Positions 24,567 through 32,082 of a DNA stretch of 32,082 nt are shown here, in pieces; position 1 is the stretch's first letter; each line of letters begins with the position of its first letter. The notes beneath the pieces were generated by a model. It was not told where the DNA came from and made no database searches. It worked only from the letters and a program-made list of their open reading frames with translations. The translations under genes were made by a program, and so were the position numbers. Source of the stretch: Gemmatimonadota bacterium (GTDB lineage: Bacteria > Gemmatimonadota > Gemmatimonadetes > Gemmatimonadales > GWC2-71-9); NCBI GenBank assembly GCA_039933355.1, contig JBDTOH010000003.1, positions 1 through 32,082 on the forward strand, written 5' to 3'.

Positions 24567-27026
24567 CTAGGCCACCACCAGACTCAGCAGCCGTCCCGGC
24601 ACGTAGACCCGTTTGACGATTGTCTTTCCCGAGACGAACTTCACCACGATCGGGTCTCTCAGAGCTCGCGCCACGACCAGCTCTTCGGTCGCGGACCGGG
24701 GCACCCGGACTTTCGAGCGCGTTTTCCCGTTGATCTGAATCGGTATCTCCACGTCCGCCGTGACCGTCAGCGCCTCGTCCCACGTCGGCCACGACGCGTC
24801 GAACACCGAGGTCTTCCGGCCCAGCTGCTCCCAGCATTCCTCCGCGAAGTGAGGCGCGAACGGCGCCAGCATCACGACCAGATCCTTCACGATGCTTCGC
24901 TCCGAGCAGTTGGACTCGCGGATCGCGTTGAGCAGCTCCATCAGCGCGGCGATGGCGGTGTTGTAGCTCAGGACCTCGAGGTCGTGGGTCACCTTCTTCT
25001 TCGTCTGCTGCCACTTGACCACGACGTCGTGGTGAACCTCGTCACCGATCAGGGTCTTCCGCGAGCATTGGCTCACCAGGTCCCAGACCTTGTCGAGGAA
25101 GCGGCGAGGCCCGTTGATACCGGCATCGCGGAAGTCTCCTCCCTCCTCGAACGGGCCCAGAAACATCAGATACATCCGAAGGGTATCGGCGCCCCATTTC
25201 CCGATGTACTCATCGGGCGTGACGACGTTGCCCTTTGTCTTCGACATCTTCGCGCCGTCTTTGATGATCAGCCCGTGGGCGCGGAACTTTCGGAACGGCT
25301 CGTCGAAACCAACAAGGCCGAGGTCGTTCAGCACCATCGTGATGAAGCGGGAATAGAGCAAGTGGAGCACTGCATGCTCATTCCCGCCGATGTACGACGT
25401 GACCGGCAGCCACTTCTCGATCCTCGAACGGTCGAACGCGCGGTCCGCAAAGTCGGTGTTCGGGTACCGCAGGAAGTACCACGCCGAGTCGAGAAAGTTG
25501 TCGGAGACATCGGTCTCGCGCCGTCCCTGCTTCCCGCACTGCGGGCAAGGCGCATAGTACCACTCCTTGTGCCGCGCCAGCGGCGAGACGCCCGAATCGT
25601 CGGGGTGGAAATCCGGGATATACGGCAGCAGGACCGGCAGGTCCTTTTCAGGGACAGGGACCGGCCCGCACCCGTCGCAGTAGATGATCGGAATCGGCGG
25701 CCCCCAGTAGCGCTGGCGCGAAATACACCAGTCATGGAGCCGATAGTTGACCACACCCTTACCGGCGCCCTTCTCCTCCAGCCAGGCCACGATCCCTTTG
25801 AACGCTTCGCCCGTTGGTAGCTCGGTGAAGTGCCCCGAGTTGACCAGCCTGCAATCGCCGTCCTCGATCATCGGCTCGCTCAGCGGCGAATCCGACCCCT
25901 CGTCCGCCTGAGCGACTACCCGGCGGATCTCGAGGCCGTACTTCGTCGCGAACGCAAAGTCCCGCTCGTCGTGTCCGGGAACGGCCATGATCGCACCGGT
26001 CCCATAATCCATCAGCACGTAGTCGGCGACCCAGACGGGGATCTTCTCGCCGGTCGCAGGGTTGGTCGCGAAGCCCCCGGTGAAGACGCCGGTCTTGTCC
26101 TTCTCCCCCACCTTCCGGGTGATGACGTCCTTTGCCTGGGTGGCCTGCCGGTAGGCTTCGACTGCCGGCCGCTCCGCCTTGGTGGTTAGGCGGTCGACCA
26201 GTGGATGCTCGGGAGCCAGAACCATGAACGTCGCGCCGAAAATCGTATCGGGGCGCGTGGTGAACACTCTGATCACCTCGCCGCCGTCGATTGGAAAATC
26301 GATCTGGGCCCCCTCGGACCGCCCGATCCAGTTCCGCTGGGCCGTAATCGTCCGGTCCGACCAATCCATCTTCGACTTGTCGTCGAGGTTGGTGAGCAGG
26401 CGCTCCGCATAGTCGGTGATCCGAAAGAACCACTGCTCCAGCAATCGCTGTTCGACCGAAGTCCCGCAGCGCTCGCAGATGCCGCCTTCGGCCTGCTCGT
26501 TGGCGAGGACGGTCTTGCAGCTGGGGCACCAGTTGACCGCGGCCTTCTTCCGATAGGCCTTTCCGGCCTTGAGGAGCTGAAGAAACAACCACTGAGTCCA
26601 CTTGTAGTACTCGGGATCGGTCGTCGAGAACGAACGGCTCCAGTCGAACATCCCGCCCAGCGCGCTCAGCTGGCGCCGGAAGTTCGCGATGCTCTTGGGG
26701 ATCAGCTGCCCGGGGTGGATGCCGATCTTGAGCGCGTAGTTCTCGCTCTGAATTCCGAACGCATCGAAGCCAATCGGCTCGAAGACCTGGTAGCCCTGAA
26801 GCCGCTTGAACCGCCCGTAGACGTCCGCGCCGGTGAACGCGAAGACATTGCCGACGTGGAGACCCTCGGCCGACGGATAGGGGAACATCATCAGGTTGTA
26901 GAACGGCCTGGCTGCGAGGTCGAGATCAGGCTCGTTGGTGCGCCGATCGCTCCAGCGGGCCTGCCATTTCGCCTCGACCCGATCGGGATGGTAGGCGCCG
27001 TCGTCCGGAATGTGGGGTTCGGTCAT
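24567..27026 (-). CDS. leuS: Leucine--tRNA ligase
   Basis: MFPYPS..LHVGN (HIGH), CP1 editing domain (FTTRPDT, GTGAIMAVPGHDERD), DWCISRQRYWG, KMSKTKGN and QINGK. Confidence 0.98.
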   Translation of the reverse strand: MTEPHIPDDGAYHPDRVEAKWQARWSDRRTNEPDLDLAARPFYNLMMFPYPSAEGLHVGNVFAFTGADVYGRFKRLQGYQVFEPIGFDAFGIQSENYALKIGIHPGQLIPKSIANFRRQLSALGGMFDWSRSFSTTDPEYYKWTQWLFLQLLKAGKAYRKKAAVNWCPSCKTVLANEQAEGGICERCGTSVEQRLLEQWFFRITDYAERLLTNLDDKSKMDWSDRTITAQRNWIGRSEGAQIDFPIDGGEVIRVFTTRPDTIFGATFMVLAPEHPLVDRLTTKAERPAVEAYRQATQAKDVITRKVGEKDKTGVFTGGFATNPATGEKIPVWVADYVLMDYGTGAIMAVPGHDERDFAFATKYGLEIRRVVAQADEGSDSPLSEPMIEDGDCRLVNSGHFTELPTGEAFKGIVAWLEEKGAGKGVVNYRLHDWCISRQRYWGPPIPIIYCDGCGPVPVPEKDLPVLLPYIPDFHPDDSGVSPLARHKEWYYAPCPQCGKQGRRETDVSDNFLDSAWYFLRYPNTDFADRAFDRSRIEKWLPVTSYIGGNEHAVLHLLYSRFITMVLNDLGLVGFDEPFRKFRAHGLIIKDGAKMSKTKGNVVTPDEYIGKWGADTLRMYLMFLGPFEEGGDFRDAGINGPRRFLDKVWDLVSQCSRKTLIGDEVHHDVVVKWQQTKKKVTHDLEVLSYNTAIAALMELLNAIRESNCSERSIVKDLVVMLAPFAPHFAEECWEQLGRKTSVFDASWPTWDEALTVTADVEIPIQINGKTRSKVRVPRSATEELVVARALRDPIVVKFVSGKTIVKRVYVPGRLLSLVVA

Positions 27027-27502
27027 GACTCCAATTTAGCCGACTCGGCCGATTGGCCGAAGCGGGGCGACTGCGTCAACGTTGGCAGGGACATACGCAT
27101 ACAGTGTTCAGGGGATCGGACCCGAGTCGTGTCACGGACGGTCAACACCGCGGCAGGCTGCGGCTTCCTGGAAGTCGATTCACTGGAGATAGAAGAGAAT
27201 GGAGCGTCGACGGACACCATGCGGCTGGTATTGGGCCGGCTGGACGGATGCGCAGGCGACCTCATTGTCCGAGACGGCGCCGCTTCGGACTAGGGCGGGT
27301 TCGAAGACAGTCCCAACCGGGACAGAGGCCGGCCGACCGTTGGGCGAGGGGCGGACCCGATCGGGGCCGACGCCTACATCCAGGACTCACAAGTCGGCCC
27401 GGGCCGGACGACAGTAGCAGGACCACCTTCCCAGTAGCCGAACCATTCCGGGCGGCACTAGTATTCTCCCGTCCTTGGGGAATCCTCAGCGTCGCGGCCG
27501 GA

Positions 27503-28765
27503 ATGGTCACAAAACGGCACCCTTTTAGACGGCTTCTTCAGATCGCGAGCGTCGTGGTGGTGCTGCTGCTCACGGCATCGCTCGCCGCCATCGAAGTTGT
27601 CGGCCCCCATTGGCCCCTCTTGCTCAAGCTGTCGATCTTCGCGCTCGCCGCGCTGCTCGTGACCTTTTTGATCGACCTGTGGGTCGACCGTCGGATCGTC
27701 AGGCCGCTCGAAGCCACCCAGGCAGTTGCGAGCCGGCTTGCTCGAGGAGATCTCCGCGTCTCGGAGGAGGAGATCGTGGCCATCGGCGGCGGACCGGTGA
27801 CCGATGCCATTCGCACCATGATCCAGGAGCTCCGTCGCCTCGTCGTCGCAATTCGAGGAGCATCGAGCGACTCGGCGGGCCTCGCGGCGGAGATCTCGAA
27901 CGCCACCCAGCAGATGATGTCCTCGACCGAAGAGGTGGCGAGCACCACGTCCGATCTCACCGAGCGGGCCATCGCGCAGGCGTCGTTGGTCCGCAACATG
28001 GCCGACGACTCGAGCCGGATCCTGTCTCTCGCGCAGGATGTCGCCGAGGGGTCGGTCCGGGCCGCCGAGCGCAACACCGAGCTCGCGAAGCTGGCCCGCA
28101 ACCATCGCGACCGGCTCGGCCGGAGCGCCGCCGCCCTCGAGGGTTTCGCGGACGAGGTTGACCTCGGCGCGGCCGAGGCCGAGGCTCTCGCGAAGGCATC
28201 GGAGGAGATCGAGCGGTTTCTCGACCAAGCTCGAGCGATCGCAAAACAGACCAGGGTTCTTGCGCTCAACGCGGCGATCGAAGCTGCCCGCGCAGGGCAA
28301 GAGGGACAGGGATTCTCTGTTGTGGCCGAAGAAGTCAAGAAGCTCTCGGCGCAGGCGGCCTTGGCCGTCAACGCGACGAGCGAAACGGTCCGGATCGTGG
28401 TGGCACGGGTCCAGAGCGCGCGGGAGCGGATGCTCCGCTTGGGCCGGGGCGGGCTTCAAGCTCGAGAGGCCGCCGTCGCCGCGGTGGACGGCCTCCGAAG
28501 CGTCGCGGACGAGGCGGACGCGGTGGACACCTGGACCCGCCGGATGTCGAAGGCCGCGCTCGAGGTGAAGACACTGATCGAGAGCATCGCGGGCCGCACT
28601 CAGGAGCTCGCCGACGGAACGGAGAGCTACGCTGCATCGGCCGAAGAGATCGCAGCGGCGGCCGAGGAGCTCAACGCGTCGACCGAGGAGATCACCGCCT
28701 CGACCAGCCAGCTGGCGCAGGCCGGCGCCACGCTCACGGAAGCCGTCGGGCACCTGCGTGCGTGA
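27503..28765 (+). CDS. Methyl-accepting chemotaxis protein (2 TM, HAMP, signalling domain)
   Basis: [29 protein letters not shown] hairpin tip; HAMP (IVRPL..LARGDL). Start ATG 27503 inferred. Confidence 0.9.
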   Translation: MVTKRHPFRRLLQIASVVVVLLLTASLAAIEVVGPHWPLLLKLSIFALAALLVTFLIDLWVDRRIVRPLEATQAVASRLARGDLRVSEEEIVAIGGGPVTDAIRTMIQELRRLVVAIRGASSDSAGLAAEISNATQQMMSSTEEVASTTSDLTERAIAQASLVRNMADDSSRILSLAQDVAEGSVRAAERNTELAKLARNHRDRLGRSAAALEGFADEVDLGAAEAEALAKASEEIERFLDQARAIAKQTRVLALNAAIEAARAGQEGQGFSVVAEEVKKLSAQAALAVNATSETVRIVVARVQSARERMLRLGRGGLQAREAAVAAVDGLRSVADEADAVDTWTRRMSKAALEVKTLIESIAGRTQELADGTESYAASAEEIAAAAEELNASTEEITASTSQLAQAGATLTEAVGHLRA

Positions 28766-28769
28766 GCGG

Positions 28770-30479
28770 CTACAGCCGCCTCGCCACCGCCCGCACTACC
28801 ATCCGAATCCGGTCCCGCCACGGGAGCCGCGCCAGATTCGTCTTCACGACACCTCGCGTGAAGAAAGTCTTCTCCGAGTAGTCGATCGCGGTGTCGATCA
28901 CGACCGGGCGGCCCGCCTTCAGGATCTCCACCACCCCGCCTAACACCGAATCCAGGTCGCGATCGCGATCGAGCCGGAGCCACTCAATGCCGACCGCTTC
29001 GGCGAGGCTGCCCACATCGTAGTCCGGGAGGATGCTGGCCGCTTTCTGGTTGAACGCGGTGTCCTGGAACTGCGCGATCTGGGCGAGCTCGCCGTCCCTC
29101 AGGATGAAGAACGCGATCGGGAGCCGCTGGCTGGCGGCGGTGAGGAGCTCGAGCCCGGTCATGAGCAGCGCGCCGTCGCCCGCGAGCGCCACGACCGGCG
29201 CGGCCGGCCTGGCGAGCTTGGCCCCGATAGCCGCAGGGACCGAGTACCCCATGCACGAGTAGTCCACCGGGGCGAGGAACCGGCCCGGCGCCTCGAGGAC
29301 GAGCAGCTCCATCGCGAGAAAGGTTCCGTTGCCGCTGTCGGTCGTGTAGATCGTCTCCGGACCGAGCCGGCTCTGGATTCCGTCGATCAGCGCGGCCGGC
29401 GATACCCGGCCGGCGGACGGATGGGCTCTCTGCGTTAGGCGGACGGCGGCCCGTCCGGCGGTGATCTCGGGGTCGACCGGTCCCGACCCCGGTCCGAGCT
29501 CGGCGAGCAGAGAGCGGACGAATTCGCAGGTGTCCGCCGTGATCGGGATCGCCGCGGGATAGTTCCGGTTGAACACGGCCGGGTTGATGTCGACGTGGAT
29601 CAGGTCACCGCGGGGAACGCACGAATAGCTGCCGGTCCCGACCTCGCTGAAGCGGAGCCCGATCGCGAGGGTGACATTGCAGCGGTCGGCGGCCGCGCGC
29701 GCGAAGGGGGGCGCCGCATCGCCGAAGCCGTTCCAGACAAACAGCGGGTGCGATTCCGGAAAGACCCCCTTGCCCTGAATGGTCGTCGCGACCGGCGCGC
29801 CCAACCGTTCCGCGAGCCGCACCAGCTCGGATCCTTGAGCGCCGAGACCGACATAGAGGAGCGGGCGCGCGCCGGGTGCAGTGAGCACCGCAGCGGCCCG
29901 GCGGACGAGCGCCGGGTCGCCCCGGGGTGGAACGAGCGCCGTCGGCAGGCCCCATTCGCTGGTATTGACGTCGTGCCGGGAGAGATAGAGGTCGACCGGG
30001 ACCTCGACCATCACCGGTCCCGGTGTCCCGCTCCGGGCGACCCGGGCTGCCTCGCGGATCGTCCGGTACAACTCGGCGCCGGCGGTGACGGAGTAGGTCC
30101 CCTTCGTGATCGGAGCCGCGATCGCCAGCTGATCGATGTCGTGCAGCTGATAGGCCTGGGCGCTGTCCCGCCGGATCCCGCAGCCTAACACGAGCAGCGG
30201 AATCCCGTCCATATACGCTTCCGCGATTCCCGAGAGGGCGTGCGTGAGCCCCGCGCCGGGGACGATGTTGACGCACGCGAGCTCGCCGGAAGACCGCCAC
30301 ACCGCGTCGGCCATGAACCCGCCGCTCTGCTCGTCGGTGATGAGGACGGTCCGGACCTTCGTGGACTTCGCGAGCGCGTCGTAGAGCTCGATGTTGTGGG
30401 TCCCCGGGATTCCGAAGGCGAACCGGACGCCCTCGTCTTCGAGCGCTCTCGTGACGATCTCGCCGCCGGTGAGCTTCAC
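28770..30479 (-). CDS. Thiamine-diphosphate-dependent enzyme (acetolactate synthase-like)
   Basis: FGIPGTHN, DEQSGGFMAD, PGPVMVEVPVD, MGYSVPAAIGA and GDG; GTGA overlap with the GMC stop. Confidence 0.9.
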   Translation of the reverse strand: MKLTGGEIVTRALEDEGVRFAFGIPGTHNIELYDALAKSTKVRTVLITDEQSGGFMADAVWRSSGELACVNIVPGAGLTHALSGIAEAYMDGIPLLVLGCGIRRDSAQAYQLHDIDQLAIAAPITKGTYSVTAGAELYRTIREAARVARSGTPGPVMVEVPVDLYLSRHDVNTSEWGLPTALVPPRGDPALVRRAAAVLTAPGARPLLYVGLGAQGSELVRLAERLGAPVATTIQGKGVFPESHPLFVWNGFGDAAPPFARAAADRCNVTLAIGLRFSEVGTGSYSCVPRGDLIHVDINPAVFNRNYPAAIPITADTCEFVRSLLAELGPGSGPVDPEITAGRAAVRLTQRAHPSAGRVSPAALIDGIQSRLGPETIYTTDSGNGTFLAMELLVLEAPGRFLAPVDYSCMGYSVPAAIGAKLARPAAPVVALAGDGALLMTGLELLTAASQRLPIAFFILRDGELAQIAQFQDTAFNQKAASILPDYDVGSLAEAVGIEWLRLDRDRDLDSVLGGVVEILKAGRPVVIDTAIDYSEKTFFTRGVVKTNLARLPWRDRIRMVVRAVARRL

Positions 30480-31999
30480 CACACGCTCCGGCCCGGCGCC
30501 AACCCCTGTCCCCATTCCCTCATGACGCCCTCGGCGACGCGGTCCGCGAGCCCCATGATCGTCAGATATGGATTGATCTCGACCGCATTGGGGAACAGGC
30601 TCGCGTCGGCAATCCGGAGCCACGGCCGCCCGTGGACCCGCCCCCATCCGTCGGTGACCGAGTCGGACGCCGAGGCGCCCATCGCGGACCCACCCATCAG
30701 ATGGGCCGCCGAGATCGAGATCGTGCCGGGAAGAAAGTGCCGTTCGCTGATCAGCTCGTCGATCCGGTCTGCATCGGACCTCTCCACGACCGGCGGGTTC
30801 GCCGACGGGGCGTGGACCCTAACGGCGCCCGCGGCGAAGAAAATCCTCGCGGCGGTTCGAGTCGCCCGTACCGTTGCGGCGATCACCTCCGGCGTGAACG
30901 TGTAGTGGACCATCGGCTCGCCGGTTTGGCTCACTGAAACGCGATTGCCCGGCGTCGCCTTGTCGCAGGCGAGGACCAGAATCATCTGAAGCCGGTCGAA
31001 CGCGCGCATGAACCCGCTATGCTCGGGGCCGAAGCCGGTCAGGTTCTTCGCAGTGGTGAACGGGAAGTACATGCAGGTCTCGAGGACGAACCCCTCGTCG
31101 GCTCCGCGGTCGAGATAGAAGCTCTTCGGATGTCCGACGTCGTTGGTGATCGGGCCCGGGTGCTGGCCCACGAGGATGTGGGCGGGATGACAGGTGAACC
31201 CTTCGCCTACCCGCGAAGGGAGGTTGGGAAGCTCTGAGCGGAGCAGCAACGGAGGCGTCCCCATGGTCCCGCCCGAGAGGACGACGATCTCCGCCGTGAC
31301 CTCGTAGCCGCCCGGCGCCCACTCGGATGTGGCCCCCTTCTCGCCGGGCATGGCCGCGCCGACCCTAACCCAGAGCCGCTGCTCGCCGAGCCGCCGCACC
31401 TCCGCCCGGGTGACCACCTCGACTCCCTGCCGCTCCGCGTTAGGCAGCTGGACCCGGTTGGTGCCCTGCTTGGCCGCGTTGGGGCAGCCCATGTTGCAGA
31501 GGCTCGAGCCCCGGCATCCCTTGAGGTTGAGCGGAAACTGCTCGGCATGGTAGCCGGCGTTGGCACACCCCAGAACGAAGAGCCGGTTGTTGTCGTTGAT
31601 GAGGTCGGGAGGCAGCAAGTGGACGTTGTTCTCCGCCATGTACCGCCGGCTTCGCGTCTCGAGATCGGAGTAGATCAGGCCGGGCACTCTCCACTGCTCG
31701 ATCACCCGCTTGGGTGCGATGAGCGAAGTCCCCGTGTAGACGATGGTCGACCCGCCGTAGCCCCGGGCAAAGGCGAGCGTCATGGTCCCGTCTTCGGTGA
31801 GGAACGCACCGCCCTCGGCGTAGAGCGCGCGCGCCATCTCGACTTCATGGCCGGTGAACTCGTCGTCCCGAAACCGAGGCCCTTGCTCGAACACGACGAT
31901 TCGCTTGCCGGTGGCGATCATCGGCGCGAGAGCTTGGGCCACCGTGCCGCCGCCTGCGCCCGCCCCGACGATGGCGACGTCGTAGTGCCGGACGGTCAC
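30476..31999 (-). CDS. GMC family FAD oxidoreductase
   Basis: VGAGAGG, GGSTIVY, CRGSSLCNMGC, AHLMGG, DASLFP and INP. GTG 31999 overlaps the upstream stop (alternative ATG 32014). Confidence 0.9.
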   Translation of the reverse strand: MTVRHYDVAIVGAGAGGGTVAQALAPMIATGKRIVVFEQGPRFRDDEFTGHEVEMARALYAEGGAFLTEDGTMTLAFARGYGGSTIVYTGTSLIAPKRVIEQWRVPGLIYSDLETRSRRYMAENNVHLLPPDLINDNNRLFVLGCANAGYHAEQFPLNLKGCRGSSLCNMGCPNAAKQGTNRVQLPNAERQGVEVVTRAEVRRLGEQRLWVRVGAAMPGEKGATSEWAPGGYEVTAEIVVLSGGTMGTPPLLLRSELPNLPSRVGEGFTCHPAHILVGQHPGPITNDVGHPKSFYLDRGADEGFVLETCMYFPFTTAKNLTGFGPEHSGFMRAFDRLQMILVLACDKATPGNRVSVSQTGEPMVHYTFTPEVIAATVRATRTAARIFFAAGAVRVHAPSANPPVVERSDADRIDELISERHFLPGTISISAAHLMGGSAMGASASDSVTDGWGRVHGRPWLRIADASLFPNAVEINPYLTIMGLADRVAEGVMREWGQGLAPGRSVW

Positions 32000-32082
32000 C
32001 GGCGCGCGCCCCATCCCGCCGCTGACGCGTGGTATCCGACGGCCGCCATGATTTCGGGCTGCGTGTAGAAACCCATCATCAC
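31996..32082 (-). CDS. C-terminal end of a gluconate-2-dehydrogenase subunit-3-like small partner protein (partial)
   Basis: Not in the ORF track. Manual translation VMMGFYTQPEIMAAVGYHASAAGWGARR*; GFY..P....VGY is typical of GMC small subunits; GTGA coupling to the GMC gene. Confidence 0.6.
   Translation of the reverse strand: MMMGFYTQPEIMAAVGYHASAAGWGARR

Larger units (their letters stand above)
526..31445. repeat. Dispersed over-represented motif GTTAGG(C)/(G)CCTAAC, about 27 copies
   Basis: Hand count: 18 full heptamers plus 9 GTTAGG[A/G/T]; positions are listed in the findings. Confidence 0.85.

Noticed and set aside
24411-25820. Long antisense or alternative-frame ORFs (e.g. 469 aa opposite leuS, 418 aa inside the acylase)
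   Set aside because: Shadow ORFs typical of high-GC DNA, with no recognisable motifs.
27027-27300. T-box leader for leuS
   Set aside because: No T-box consensus or terminator/antiterminator found, and the -10 element abuts the start codon.
526-31445. TTA codons as a Streptomyces bldA-like translational switch
   Set aside because: The word occurs on both strands, in all frames and intergenically, so the TTA codons are a by-product of a DNA motif.
1-32082. Abundant TCGA/GATC/CGATCG words as a HIP1-like signal
   Set aside because: They are plausibly explained by preferred codons (ATC, GTC, CTC, GAC, GAG) in high-GC genes; cannot be claimed without a Markov test.

Overview
High-GC (roughly two-thirds by eye) bacterial chromosomal window. 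The gene content suggests Gemmatimonadota or a similar lineage (inference): ECF sigma/Ser-Thr kinase pair, LytS/LytTR system, ADOP-type permease relic and many exported enzymes. It holds about 32 CDSs. These include leuS, two ECF sigma modules, two exported rhodanese sulfurtransferases flanking an orphan TonB, D-cysteine desulfhydrase, a PAL-like NHL lyase, penicillin acylase, an S41 peptidase, an MCP and a GMC oxidoreductase/ThDP-enzyme operon. No rRNA, tRNA, CRISPR array, transposase or integrase was recognised. The strongest unexplained signal is at DNA level. The non-palindromic word GTTAGG(C)/(G)CCTAAC occurs about 27 times (18 as the full heptamer, hand count), on both strands and in every reading frame. 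It forces rare codons and overlaps several stop codons, as expected of a chromosome-wide signal of the DUS/Chi/HIP1 kind. Other observations: paired 21-bp-period LytTR-type operators linking the two-component system to an exported sulfurtransferase, a Pho-box-like array before tonB, an unannotated ABC-permease pseudogene, REP-like inverted repeats and a candidate structured leader RNA.
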